Source of the DNA: an uncultured Clostridia bacterium
Lineage (GTDB): Bacteria; Bacillota; Clostridia; Lachnospirales; Anaerotignaceae
DNA length: 33,159 nt
Reading direction: 5' to 3'
Assembly: GCA_947036475.1 (NCBI GenBank)
Contig: CAMQRG010000001.1
Span: forward strand, 1-33,159
Shown: positions 16,758 through 26,072 of the stretch, one piece after another
How positions within the stretch are numbered: the stretch's first letter is position 1
Layout of the letters: every line of letters begins with the position of its first letter
Notes under the pieces: model-generated
What the model was told of the DNA's origin: nothing
The model's database searches: none
Seen by the model: the letters and a program-made list of their open reading frames with translations, nothing else
Position numbers and translations under genes: made by a program

Positions 16758-17620
16758 TGGAGGATTTGAAAGCCATTTTCACAAAGGAATACATTGCAAA
16801 GCTGGAACGCCTTTCCATCGGTCTGACGGAAAGGCTTGGCGCGGTTGGGTACAGCGGCGGGCGCAAATCCTCCGCAAAAGGCAGTTCTCTGGAATTTTCC
16901 GATTTCCGCGAATATATTCCCGGGGACGACCTCCGGCGGGTGGACTGGAACGGCTACGGGCGTTTTGACAAACTTTATTTGAAACTGTTTCTGGAAGAAA
17001 AACAGGCGGCAGTCAATCTTTTTCTGGATACCAGCAAATCTATGGATTTCGGCGGAAAAGCCGTAATGGCAAAGGCTCTTGCCGCATCTCTGGCATACAT
17101 CGCAGCTGGCGGCGGCGACCGCACACAGATTTTTGCTTTTGGCGAAAAAGCAGGGGCGCAGAAGCAGGGCATCACAAAAAAGGGACAGCTTTCTGAAACG
17201 CTGGATTTTCTTGATGGTCTGGAACCCGGCGGCGGAACGGATTACCTGCGGGCTATACGCGAAAGGAGCGGGCTGGGGCGCGGCGTTTCCATTATCCTGT
17301 CGGATTTCCTTTCCGAACAGGCGCCTTGGGACGCTGTAAAACTCCTTCAGGAAAAGAAACAGGAGGTGTATCTTCTGCGCATATTGACGCCGGAGGAAAT
17401 CGAACCACAAAGGGGCGGCATGGTGCGCCTTGTGGACAGCGAAACAGGCGAAACGCGGGATTTGGAACTTTCCGAGCACGCCGTTTCCGCATATAAACAG
17501 GCTCTGCGCCAGCAGGAATCTGCCCTGCGTGAATTTTGCTGGCGGCGCGGCGCGGGATACTGCCGGACGGATACAGAAACGCCCCTGCTGGCCGCACTGG
17601 AACAGCTGCTGAACGGATAA
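16754..17620 (+). CDS. DUF58 / vWA-like MoxR partner
   Basis: GSSLEFSDFREYIPGDDLRRVDW, MIDAS-like LDTSKSM and IILSDFL; ATGA overlap with moxR. Confidence 0.92.
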   Translation: MMEDLKAIFTKEYIAKLERLSIGLTERLGAVGYSGGRKSSAKGSSLEFSDFREYIPGDDLRRVDWNGYGRFDKLYLKLFLEEKQAAVNLFLDTSKSMDFGGKAVMAKALAASLAYIAAGGGDRTQIFAFGEKAGAQKQGITKKGQLSETLDFLDGLEPGGGTDYLRAIRERSGLGRGVSIILSDFLSEQAPWDAVKLLQEKKQEVYLLRILTPEEIEPQRGGMVRLVDSETGETRDLELSEHAVSAYKQALRQQESALREFCWRRGAGYCRTDTETPLLAALEQLLNG

Positions 17621-17652
17621 GCAGAGTTTTGCCGCATGATTGGGAGGAAACA

Positions 17653-18135
17653 ATGATTTACGGAGCGATTTTAGATAAAGGAGAACCTTGGTACACGGAT
17701 ATGTCCCGCATTTTTGCCGCTATGGAAGGCAGACAGAACGATTATAACTGGCTGGTCACGGCATACGAATGTTACCCGTCCTATCCCGAAACACAAAGAC
17801 TGTTTGACAGAGAATACCTCTGGCTGAGCGGGAAAAAACTGACGGAAATCACAGCAGGCGAACCCTTGCAATGGGTCTGGGGCGTGTTCTCCGGATTCCC
17901 CAGGCATATACCTCTGACGGAAGTATTAAAATATCCCCTGCCGCACACAGATGGATACGAATGCTTTTTGTACGGTCCGCTTTCCATACAGAACCCGTTG
18001 GCCGAAATAGCAATCGTCCCCATGGACAGCACGCTGACGCTTCTGTTCAGCCGAACGCCGGAATGGGCGGAGCAGTTCCGCAAGGCGTTCCCTCTCAGCC
18101 GGGCTCTGCCCCTGCATCAACCGCAATCATTCTGA
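17653..18135 (+). CDS. Hypothetical protein
   Basis: GGGAGG RBS before MIYGAIL; aromatic-rich globular sequence, family not recognised. Confidence 0.75.
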   Translation: MIYGAILDKGEPWYTDMSRIFAAMEGRQNDYNWLVTAYECYPSYPETQRLFDREYLWLSGKKLTEITAGEPLQWVWGVFSGFPRHIPLTEVLKYPLPHTDGYECFLYGPLSIQNPLAEIAIVPMDSTLTLLFSRTPEWAEQFRKAFPLSRALPLHQPQSF

Positions 18136-18154
18136 ATTTTATGGAGGCTAAAAC

Positions 18155-18316
18155 ATGAGAACCGTTATTTCTGTCAGTATCATCATCATTTCTTCTGTGA
18201 TTGGTTTTTTTATGGGCTCAGGCATGAATGATGCTATGGGCGGGGCGGCGCTGTTCGCATTGATTGCGGGCTTCGCGTGTACAATTCACGCAATCGAAAG
18301 CATGAAAAAACCGTAA
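18155..18316 (+). CDS. 53-aa two-TM small membrane protein (below the ORF-track cutoff)
   Basis: GGAGG RBS; MRTVISVSIIIISSVIGFFMGSGMNDAMGGAALFALIAGFACTIHAIESMKKP; a terminator follows. Confidence 0.7.
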   Translation: MRTVISVSIIIISSVIGFFMGSGMNDAMGGAALFALIAGFACTIHAIESMKKP

Positions 18317-18335
18317 CCTTTCGGATTAAAAACAC

Positions 18336-18376
18336 AGGCTCCCCACAGCGGTTTTCCCTCTGTACGGAGCCTTTTT
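18336..18376 (+). terminator. Intrinsic terminator
   Basis: AGGCTCC..ACAG / CTGT..GGAGCCT stem followed by TTTT. Confidence 0.65.
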
Positions 18377-18394
18377 GATTCTCATTGTATCGTT

Positions 18395-19402
18395 TTACCG
18401 CTCCTGCCGCCGTTTCAGCGCAGCATAAAGCGCGTCCGTTTCCGGCTGTTCCAGCGGCATTTTCTTCCCGCCGGAAACCAGAACCCTTCCGCTCTCTGTC
18501 ACCTTCCCAATGACTACCGCCGGAACGCCAGCCTGACGCAGCTTTTCCGCAAGTTCCTGCCCGTTATCCGCCGCAATCACCATTGTACCGCTGGAAATCA
18601 GCCGCAGCGGGTCGATACCCAGCGCGCCGCAGATTTTCGCGGTTTCCTCCCGAACGGGTATTTTCTCCGCAAAAACCTCCACGCCGCAGCCGGAACATTC
18701 CGCAACTTCCCAGACTGCGCCCAGAATGCCGCCTTCCGTTGCATCATGCATTGCCGTTGCCCCATGCGCGAAAGCAATTTCCGATTCCTTCCCCACAGAA
18801 AGAAAAGCCTTGAAGCCCCTTGCGTTTTCCAGTTCCTCTGCCGTCATGTATTTTTTCAGCAGGCTTTCCTTTTCCTCTGCCAGAATCGCCGTACCTTCCG
18901 TACCAGCCCATTTCGTCATGATAATATCCTGCCCCTGTCCCGCGCCGCCTGTGGAAAGTATTATCCTGCCGTGCGTTCTGCCGACAACAGCCGCCGAAAC
19001 CAGCGGTTTGCATACCGCATCTGTCACCTCTGTATGCCCGCCGAGTATTTCTACATTCCGCTCCCCCGCGCCGCGAAACGCACCGTCCATAATTTCCTGT
19101 AAAAGTTCCTCTCCGCTTCCCGGCGGAAGAAGAACGGTCAGCAAAAGCCCGACCGGCTCTGCCCCCGCGGCGTAAACGTCATTGCAGTTAATCTGCACCG
19201 CCAGGTATCCAATATCCTCCGCCGCGCCTGTGATAGGGTCTGCCGAAAGCACGCAGTACTCCCCGCCAAAATCCACAGCGGAACAGTCCTCCCCCGTTTT
19301 GGGGCGCAGGAGCACCTCCGGACGTTTTACGCGGCTGTCCCGCATGGGCCGCATAACGATTTTTTCCAGTATTTCCGGCGGGATTTTCCCGATTTCAAAC
19401 AT
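18395..19402 (-). CDS. AIR synthase (PurM/HypE/ThiL) superfamily protein
   Basis: GEDC, DPITGA, NDVYAAGAEP, GGHTEVT and MHDATEGG motifs. Confidence 0.9.
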   Translation of the reverse strand: MFEIGKIPPEILEKIVMRPMRDSRVKRPEVLLRPKTGEDCSAVDFGGEYCVLSADPITGAAEDIGYLAVQINCNDVYAAGAEPVGLLLTVLLPPGSGEELLQEIMDGAFRGAGERNVEILGGHTEVTDAVCKPLVSAAVVGRTHGRIILSTGGAGQGQDIIMTKWAGTEGTAILAEEKESLLKKYMTAEELENARGFKAFLSVGKESEIAFAHGATAMHDATEGGILGAVWEVAECSGCGVEVFAEKIPVREETAKICGALGIDPLRLISSGTMVIAADNGQELAEKLRQAGVPAVVIGKVTESGRVLVSGGKKMPLEQPETDALYAALKRRQER

Positions 19403-19546
19403 TTTCAGTCTTCCTTTCCGCGAAAAACCCCTGTTCCGGTATCAGCCGCCTTCAGCCGCCGCCGAAACAGAGGTTTTGAATCTTTTTTCACGCCCGCAAG
19501 GCAAAAAATGCGGGCAGGGCTTTCCATCTCTTTTCTATACTATCGC

Positions 19547-21061
19547 TTAAAACTCATGGTACTCCCCTGCGTCATTCTGCTCATAACCCTCATAGAAATC
19601 CGAAGGGTATTCTTCCAGCCAGCTGGGATAGCCGCTTTCTTCCGGCACGTTTACAACCGGTTCCGCCGCCTTGGTGCCGACCCTCACCTCGTCCGCCACA
19701 GCGCGGTAAGAGGAACTGCTGAACCAGTCCTTGCTGATCTGTTTGCCATTCTCAAACACCTTTTTATACACGCTGACTTTACAGCCCGTTCTGCCCGAAG
19801 AAGTGACCTCCCGTTCGCCTTCCGGCAGTTCGGGGTCCTCCGTCACAATCTCTGCGGGCTTTGGTATCGTCGCCTCGTAAACCGTTTCAAATTCCAGGCT
19901 TCTGCCCGCGCTGTGCGTTTCGTGTCCGTAGATGTTTACAGCCAGCTTGCCGCCGCTTGCGGAAGCCTCAATCAAAACAGGGTAATCTGTATTGTTTTTG
20001 ATTTTCAAATCCTTATATGTACCGGCAACCGCAGCATCGCGCCCCAGAGGCACATAACCCACCGTCATGGAATGCGGGTGTCGTTCCACAATCTCCAGTT
20101 CCGCCATAATCGCGGCGTTATAAATGGTCGTCGTCACCTGACAGACGCCGCCCGCCATGCCCGGCTCAACCTTACCGTTATTGTATACAGCAGCATTTTT
20201 ATAGCCGCCGGCAGCAGTCTGTTCCCCCAGCCCTTCATTGGCGGAAAACACCTCTCCCGGCGCAAGAATCGTACCGTTGATATTCCGGCAGCCCACCTCA
20301 AGGTTATTGTTCCGGTTTCTGTCATTTGCAGAATATGTTGTGGAAAACGAGCCTATCAAATCCGTTACATTCTGGTTGTCTTCATATGTCACGTCCGGCT
20401 GCGTCACATCTGCCGCAATCGCCGCCCTGCCGCTTTCCTGTGTTTCCAGCACCGCCGCAGAAAGCCGCGCCGTTTCCGCCCGCTTCATCGCGCGCCCTTC
20501 CTTTTCCTCCGTAATATCAAACGCGCCGTTTGCGCGGGTGATTTTGCTGTCCTCAGCTTCGCGGTCAAATTCCTCCGCAACCTCTGCCAGCTTTTCATCC
20601 AGCAGTGCGCTGTTATATGTATATTCTACCGCGATATCCTCGCCGCTTCTGAGCAGCGCGCCAATAGCCTTCATGCGTTCCTTTTCTGTGCCTTCCCGTC
20701 CGAGCCGTCCGGCTTTTTCTACCGCACTCTCCACATCATAGCCAACGCCTACGGCTTCAAACGGTATTTCCCATTCCTCTGTATCATAATACAGTGTCAG
20801 CGTTTTGCCGTCCACCTCTGTAGTATATTTTCCGCTCAGCAGCTTCAATGCTTCTTCTGTACTCAGACCGGAAACGTCCGTCCCGTCAATCGTCACGCCG
20901 GGATAAATCCCCTCGGAATGCATCACTTCCCGTATTTTTTCATTTTGGAAATAGAAATATCCAAACCCTGCCGCACCCAACGCAGCAATCAGAACAGGCA
21001 GCGCAATCCAGAGTTTTTTGCTTTTGGAATCCGCCCCTGTCGTTTTATTTTCGTCCGCCAT
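19547..21061 (-). CDS. VanW-family cell-envelope protein (TM anchor, PG-binding 4, VanW, G5)
   Basis: N-terminal TM; INGTILAPGEVFSAN, GGVCQVTTTIYNA and ERHPHS..V.YVPLGRDA; C-terminal G5-like EDPELPEGE...GRTG. Confidence 0.92.
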   Translation of the reverse strand: MADENKTTGADSKSKKLWIALPVLIAALGAAGFGYFYFQNEKIREVMHSEGIYPGVTIDGTDVSGLSTEEALKLLSGKYTTEVDGKTLTLYYDTEEWEIPFEAVGVGYDVESAVEKAGRLGREGTEKERMKAIGALLRSGEDIAVEYTYNSALLDEKLAEVAEEFDREAEDSKITRANGAFDITEEKEGRAMKRAETARLSAAVLETQESGRAAIAADVTQPDVTYEDNQNVTDLIGSFSTTYSANDRNRNNNLEVGCRNINGTILAPGEVFSANEGLGEQTAAGGYKNAAVYNNGKVEPGMAGGVCQVTTTIYNAAIMAELEIVERHPHSMTVGYVPLGRDAAVAGTYKDLKIKNNTDYPVLIEASASGGKLAVNIYGHETHSAGRSLEFETVYEATIPKPAEIVTEDPELPEGEREVTSSGRTGCKVSVYKKVFENGKQISKDWFSSSSYRAVADEVRVGTKAAEPVVNVPEESGYPSWLEEYPSDFYEGYEQNDAGEYHEF

Positions 21062-21173
21062 TTTATATCCGCCCCCTTACTTCTCCTGTGCCGGACCATA
21101 AGGCAGACACAGGCCGCGAAAAACCTCCGCCCCGAAAGACAGAACATTTTCCGCAATCAATACAGTTTCATCT

Positions 21174-21239
21174 ATCATAACGGAGTATCCGTCAAATTAC
21201 AATAGCAATTCCGTTAAAAATCCTTACATTTTTTTTACA
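21174..21239 (-). promoter_or_regulatory. sigma-A promoter with an upstream WalR-like direct repeat
   Basis: TTGTAA-17-TATGAT (21202-21174); TGTAAA-N5-TGTAAG at 21239-21223. Confidence 0.55.
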
Positions 21240-21311
21240 TTTTCAATATCCTGCGTAATTCCCGCACCTTCTCCCCCAAATATGGGCGTCCGCTTTTCCT
21301 TTACAGGATAC

Positions 21312-21340
21312 GCATGTTTTCCGCCAGACGGCCATAGGAT
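21312..21340 (+). promoter_or_regulatory. sigma-E (mother-cell) type promoter for ylbJ
   Basis: GCATGTT-14 nt-CATAGGAT resembles the sigma-E consensus; ylbJ is sigma-E controlled in B. subtilis. Confidence 0.6.
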
Positions 21341-21373
21341 TGTTTTATAACGTCTCCGAAAGGAGTTTTCCCG

Positions 21374-22483
21374 ATGAAAAAAAGTTCCCTCCCCATCAGC
21401 ATATGCGCCTGTTTCCTGATATTCGCCCTTCTGCGCTATCCGGCAGCTATGCTTGCCGCCTCCGCCGAAAGTGCCTCCCTCTGGTTCACCCGCGTTCTGC
21501 CCTCCCTGTTTCCCTTTATGGCGGCCTGCGGGCTTTTGCTGCGGCTCGGCGCGGCGGAACGGCTTGGAAGTCTTTTGCAGCCCGTTATGAAGCCGCTTTT
21601 CGGGTTACCCGGAATCTGTGCCTTCCCCTTTTTTCTGGGCATACTTTCCGGCTATCCCATGGGTGCAAAAATTACAGCCATGCTCTACGAAAAAAAACTG
21701 CTTACCAAAGAAGAAGCCAGACACGTTCTTGTTTTTTCCAATAACCCCGGTCCGCTTTTTCTTGTCGGCACAGTCGGCGCGGCATTTTTTCACGCGCCGT
21801 TCTGGGGCTATGCCCTTCTGTTTTCCGCATTTCTCGGCGCACTGGCAACAGGTATCCTCTGGCGTTTCGGGAGGAAAACCGCATCATGCAGTTCTGCCCG
21901 CCGTTATCCCTCCGCCGTGCCTGTTTCCCCAATGGACGCGCTTTCCTCCTCTGTATCCGATTCCATGACAACAATCCTCCAAATCGGCGGCTATATGATA
22001 CTTTTTGGCGCTCTGGCGGAGGCAGCAGAACAATCGGGGCTTTTCCGCCTGCTTTCCCGTCTGTTTTCCTTCCTGCCTGTTTCTTCCGGTTTTTTGCAGG
22101 GAATCTGTACCGGACTGCTGGAAATGACAAACGGTGCGTACCTTCTGAGCACTGCCGGCGACGCGCTCCCCGCACGCCTGACCGCTGCCGCCTTTCTCGT
22201 TTCCTTTGGCGGGCTTTCCATACTCGGGCAGACCTTCGGCGTACTGTCCGGCATACCCTTTTCCAAGCGGGATTACTGCCTTGCAAAGCTCTGCAACGCC
22301 GCTTTCAGTGCGCTCTTTTTCCACGCCCTGTTTCCACTTCTGCAAAGCCGTGCGGAAAGCACCGTCCCCGCATTTTCTTTGCTCACGGGCACAGTGTCCT
22401 CCACGCTGGCACATTCCGTACTGCCGTTGTTGTTTTTCTTCTGTGTGCTGTTCTGGGCATTCCGCAGGAAACAAAAACAGTGA
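21374..22483 (+). CDS. ylbJ: Sporulation integral membrane protein YlbJ
   Basis: VLPSLFPF, SGYPMGAK, NNPGPLF..GTVG, GLLEMTNG and SFGGLSI motifs; convergent with coaD as in other Firmicutes. Confidence 0.9.
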   Translation: MKKSSLPISICACFLIFALLRYPAAMLAASAESASLWFTRVLPSLFPFMAACGLLLRLGAAERLGSLLQPVMKPLFGLPGICAFPFFLGILSGYPMGAKITAMLYEKKLLTKEEARHVLVFSNNPGPLFLVGTVGAAFFHAPFWGYALLFSAFLGALATGILWRFGRKTASCSSARRYPSAVPVSPMDALSSSVSDSMTTILQIGGYMILFGALAEAAEQSGLFRLLSRLFSFLPVSSGFLQGICTGLLEMTNGAYLLSTAGDALPARLTAAAFLVSFGGLSILGQTFGVLSGIPFSKRDYCLAKLCNAAFSALFFHALFPLLQSRAESTVPAFSLLTGTVSSTLAHSVLPLLFFFCVLFWAFRRKQKQ

Positions 22484-22506
22484 AGCTTTTGGGCCCCACC
22501 GTTTTA

Positions 22507-23010
22507 TCATTTCCCGATTTTCAATTCCTGTATGTTTTCCGCCAGTACGTTCAGCGTCTGGGCAAAATAATCGTCCGTTTTTATGCTTTCGCTGTAAACA
22601 ACAGCTTTCAGTTCCTTCAGTTTATTTTCCGCGTCGCTCAGCATTTCCTCCGCGTATTCCATCGCGCCGAGGCGCATTTCCTTGGAAGTCTTTTTTGCGG
22701 AATCAATAATCGCCGCCGCCTGCTCATATGCCTTTTTCGTCACTTCGTTCTCATCAATCATGCGTACTACGCGCTCCTCAGCGGTTTTTACGATCTCATC
22801 GGCCTCCCGCTGCGCATCAATCAGTATTTTATTCCGCTCCTCGATGACCCACTTGGACTGTTTCAATTCATTGGGGAGCTTCATACGGATTTCGCTGATG
22901 ATGTCATAAATTTCTTCTTTATCAATCGAAACTTTATTGCTGAAAGGAACAGCCCTGCTGCTGTCCAGCACTTCCTCCAGTTCATCCAACAATTGCAGTA
23001 CAGAATCCAT
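22507..23010 (-). CDS. Conserved coiled-coil protein downstream of coaD (DivIVA / ATPase subunit-like)
   Basis: LLDELEE......VPFS.K...LP.ELKQ.KW pattern; helical heptads; conserved rsmD-coaD context. Confidence 0.8.
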   Translation of the reverse strand: MDSVLQLLDELEEVLDSSRAVPFSNKVSIDKEEIYDIISEIRMKLPNELKQSKWVIEERNKILIDAQREADEIVKTAEERVVRMIDENEVTKKAYEQAAAIIDSAKKTSKEMRLGAMEYAEEMLSDAENKLKELKAVVYSESIKTDDYFAQTLNVLAENIQELKIGK

Positions 23011-23019
23011 ATATTTCCC

Positions 23020-23499
23020 TCACTTCTGATATTTTTCCAATATAAACGGTTTGATTTCCTGGGGTACCATAAAATCAATGTTCCCGCCAAACACCGCAAC
23101 TTCCTTCACATTTGTGGAGCTCAGGGAAAGATGTTCCTCATCTGCCGCGAGAAAGACCGTTTCAATCTCCTGCCCCAGTTTCCGGTTAATCAGGTACATC
23201 TGGTATTCCGCCGCAAAATCCACCGCGTTACGCAGCCCCCTGACCGCGACCGTCGCGCCAATCTCCCTTGCAAATTCCGCCAGAAGCCCCTTGAAGGAAG
23301 CAACCTCCACATTTTCCAGCCGCGCCGTTGCCATTTCCAGATGACATTTACGCTCCTCCACGCTGAAAAGAGATTGCTTGTTCGGATTTTCCAAAACCGC
23401 CACCACAAGGCAGTCGAACAGCTTCGCCGCTCTTTCAATAATATCCAGATGCCCCAGCGTCAGCGGGTCAAAGCTGCCTGCATAAATTGCTTTTTTCAT
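23020..23499 (-). CDS. coaD: Phosphopantetheine adenylyltransferase
   Basis: YAGSFDPLTLGHLDIIERA, VRGLR...DF..E and LSSTNVKE motifs. Confidence 0.97.
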   Translation of the reverse strand: MKKAIYAGSFDPLTLGHLDIIERAAKLFDCLVVAVLENPNKQSLFSVEERKCHLEMATARLENVEVASFKGLLAEFAREIGATVAVRGLRNAVDFAAEYQMYLINRKLGQEIETVFLAADEEHLSLSSTNVKEVAVFGGNIDFMVPQEIKPFILEKYQK

Positions 23500-24056
23500 C
23501 TCGTTCTATCCTCCGGGCGCAGAAACGTCAGCACCGTCGTCCTATATTCCTTTTCCCGCAGAATGGCATATCCCGCAGGAAGTGCAAAAGGGAGCTTCGC
23601 CGCACGTTCCCAAATCACATACCCGTCTCCGCTCAAAAGATTTTTTTCCAATATTTTTTTCAGCATGGGCTCTGCCAGCCCTGCCTCATAAGGCGGGTCC
23701 ATATAGACCACATCAAACGCAGCGTTTTCCTCCGCCAGCCTGTCCAGCGCAGCAGACGCCTCCATGCAGAGCACACGCGCGCCTTCCCCCAGCTTTGTAT
23801 GCGCGAGGTTCCGCGCAATCACGTCCTGACAGGGGGCGGCGTTTTCCACAAAAACAGCCTGTTCCGCCCCGCGGCTCAATGCCTCCATGCCAATAGCACC
23901 GCTGCCCGCAAATAAATCCAAAAACCGGCAGCCCGGCAGGTCAAACGCAATCATATTGAACAGCGTTTCCTTAATTCTGTCCGTTGTCGGTCTGGTTGCC
24001 AGCCCGTCGATGGTTTCCAGTTTATGTCCTTTTGCTTTTCCCGCGATAACCCGCAT
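23496..24056 (-). CDS. rsmD: 16S rRNA (guanine(966)-N2)-methyltransferase
   Basis: MRVIAGKAKG, TRPTTDRIKE, LDLFAGSG, EALSRGA and DPPY motifs; start trimmed from the ORF track. Confidence 0.96.
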   Translation of the reverse strand: MRVIAGKAKGHKLETIDGLATRPTTDRIKETLFNMIAFDLPGCRFLDLFAGSGAIGMEALSRGAEQAVFVENAAPCQDVIARNLAHTKLGEGARVLCMEASAALDRLAEENAAFDVVYMDPPYEAGLAEPMLKKILEKNLLSGDGYVIWERAAKLPFALPAGYAILREKEYRTTVLTFLRPEDRTR

Positions 24057-24122
24057 TTTTCGCACCACCCGCAGTATACTGCACAGCTTTACCTCTCTGC
24101 ATTTTTCTTTGCATATGTTGAT

Positions 24123-24151
24123 AGTATAGCAGAGTTTTCGTATTATAACAA
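24123..24151 (-). promoter_or_regulatory. sigma-A promoter for rsmD-coaD
   Basis: TTGTTA-17 nt-TATACT with an extended -10 TG. Confidence 0.6.
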
Positions 24152-24259
24152 GAAAAAATCTGATTCTCTGCCATATTTTGTATCGCATTTTTCGGAATAC
24201 ACCGCGAAAAACGCCGCAGAACTGTCGAAAAATGTATCCTGAAAACACCTCTCCGGCAG

Positions 24260-25846
24260 TCACTTCTCTGCCTTTTTCCAGCCATATTTTGCAGCAATCT
24301 GTTCTGCCGCCGCGATGCCGTCCACAGCCGCGGACACAATCCCCCCTGCATAGCCCGCACCCTCTCCGGCAGGATAAACGCCGCCAAACCGCAGACTTTC
24401 GCCATTTTCATCCCGCAGTATCCGCACAGGAGAAGAGCTGCGGCTCTCCACAGCAGTCAGCAGAGCATCAGGTCTGTCAAAGCCTTTCAGCTTTCTTCCC
24501 ATCGCGGGCAGAGCCTCCCGCAGTGCAGCCGTTATAAACGCAGGAAGAATATCGTCCAGCCTGCTTTCCGTAACCCTCGGGCGGTAGGTCGGACGGACGC
24601 CTTCCCCGTTCCCTGCCGTCCCAAGGAACGCGCCAACCCTTTGAACCGGAGCGGCATAACCTCCGCCGCCCGCCCGAAAAGCCTTCTCCTCCAACTCTCT
24701 CTGGAAATACATTCCTGCCAGCGGAGCAGGGCTGCCGAAATCCTCCGGAAATACCTGCACCAAAAGGGCAGAATTGGCATTTTCCCCGTCGCGCGCGTGC
24801 AGGCTCATGCCATTGACCGCAAGCCGCCCTTCCTCCGAAGCTGCCGCAACAACCATTCCGCCGGGGCACATACAAAAGGTATAAACGCCCCTCCCCGCTT
24901 TTGTCGTATACGTCAGGCGGTAATCGGCGGCAGGCAGGTTTTCCGCCGCTGCGCCGTACTGTGCCCTGTTTATCATTTCCTGCGGGTGCTCAATCCGCAC
25001 GCCAACGGCAAAGGGCTTCTGTTCCAGCGCAAAGCCCTCCCGTTCCAGCAGTTCAAAAGTATCCCGCGCACTGTGCCCCAACGCGAGCACAGCGTCCTCC
25101 GTTTCCAGCCGCTCACCGTTTTCCAGAAGAACGGCGCGTATCTTTCCATTCTCCCACGCAAAACCAGATACCTTCGCATAAAACCGTACTTCGCCGCCCA
25201 GCGAAATGATTTTTTCGCGGATATTCCGCACGACACCCCGCAGAAGGTCTGTGCCAATATGCGGCTTTGCGTCCCAGAGAATTTCCTCCGGCGCGCCCGC
25301 CTCTGCCATTTCCTCCAAAACCTTTCGACAGCGCAGGTCTTTGATGCGGGTCGTCAGCTTGCCGTCCGAGAACGTCCCCGCGCCGCCCTCACCGAACTGC
25401 ACATTATTCTCCGTATCCAGTTTCCCCGTTTCCCAAAACTGCTCTACCGCCTTCCTGCGGCTCTCCACATCGCCGCCGCGTTCCAGCACAATGGGGCGCA
25501 GTCCCATTTCTGCCAGAAGCAGAGCGGCAAACATTCCTGCCGGACCAAAGCCCACGACAACGGGGCGTTTTTCCGGCATGTTCCCGCCCTCCGGCAGCCT
25601 GTATGCAATGTCAGGCGCGGCAGCCGTTTTTTTTCCGTCCGCCTGTATCCTGCTTTCATCTTTCAGAGAAACATCTACCGTATACACATAATGAATATCA
25701 TCTTTTTTCCGCGCGTCCAAAGAACGCCGGAATATTTTCAGTCCCCTTATTTCTTTTGGCGCAACGCCCAAAGCCCGCGCCGCCTTTTTTTTCAGCTGTT
25801 CCTTTGTGCCGTCCAGCGGCAGCTTTAACTCCGAAACCCGAATCAT
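24260..25846 (-). CDS. FAD-dependent oxidoreductase (COG2509-type)
   Basis: VVGFGPAG, FGEGGAGTFSDGKL, YTFCMCPGG and GEGAGYAGGIVSAA motifs; AGGAGG RBS before MIRV. Confidence 0.92.
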   Translation of the reverse strand: MIRVSELKLPLDGTKEQLKKKAARALGVAPKEIRGLKIFRRSLDARKKDDIHYVYTVDVSLKDESRIQADGKKTAAAPDIAYRLPEGGNMPEKRPVVVGFGPAGMFAALLLAEMGLRPIVLERGGDVESRRKAVEQFWETGKLDTENNVQFGEGGAGTFSDGKLTTRIKDLRCRKVLEEMAEAGAPEEILWDAKPHIGTDLLRGVVRNIREKIISLGGEVRFYAKVSGFAWENGKIRAVLLENGERLETEDAVLALGHSARDTFELLEREGFALEQKPFAVGVRIEHPQEMINRAQYGAAAENLPAADYRLTYTTKAGRGVYTFCMCPGGMVVAAASEEGRLAVNGMSLHARDGENANSALLVQVFPEDFGSPAPLAGMYFQRELEEKAFRAGGGGYAAPVQRVGAFLGTAGNGEGVRPTYRPRVTESRLDDILPAFITAALREALPAMGRKLKGFDRPDALLTAVESRSSSPVRILRDENGESLRFGGVYPAGEGAGYAGGIVSAAVDGIAAAEQIAAKYGWKKAEK

Positions 25847-25969
25847 GCCATTCCTCCTAAAAAATATCCGGAAATATCCGGCTTCTGGCCGGACACTGTT
25901 CCTGTGCATGATACCACATCCCGCTGCCAAAATCCAGTTTGTCTTTCGGGTTCCGTCAAATTTCCATTT

Positions 25970-26022
25970 GTAACAAAAATTAAGAATTTTGTAAGAACTC
26001 CCGCGTAGATTTATGCTATAGT
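25970..26022 (+). promoter_or_regulatory. Extended -10 promoter with tandem repeats over the -35 region
   Basis: GTAACA / TTAAGA / GTAAGA at 25970, 25980 and 25991; TGCTATAGT at 26014-26022. Confidence 0.5.
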
Positions 26023-26072
26023 AAACACGTAACAATTTTTTTGCGTATTTTTAAGGAGGAGGAGTAGTAATT

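Noticed and set aside
19547-21061. Vancomycin resistance locus
   Set aside because: Only a VanW-domain protein is present; no vanHAX/vanRS genes, and such proteins are widespread in Firmicutes.
19508-23691. Long ORFs 19508-21205 and 21886-23691 on the plus strand
   Set aside because: They shadow vanW-like, ylbJ, coaD and rsmD genes that have clear motifs; composition is typical of off-frame or antisense translation.
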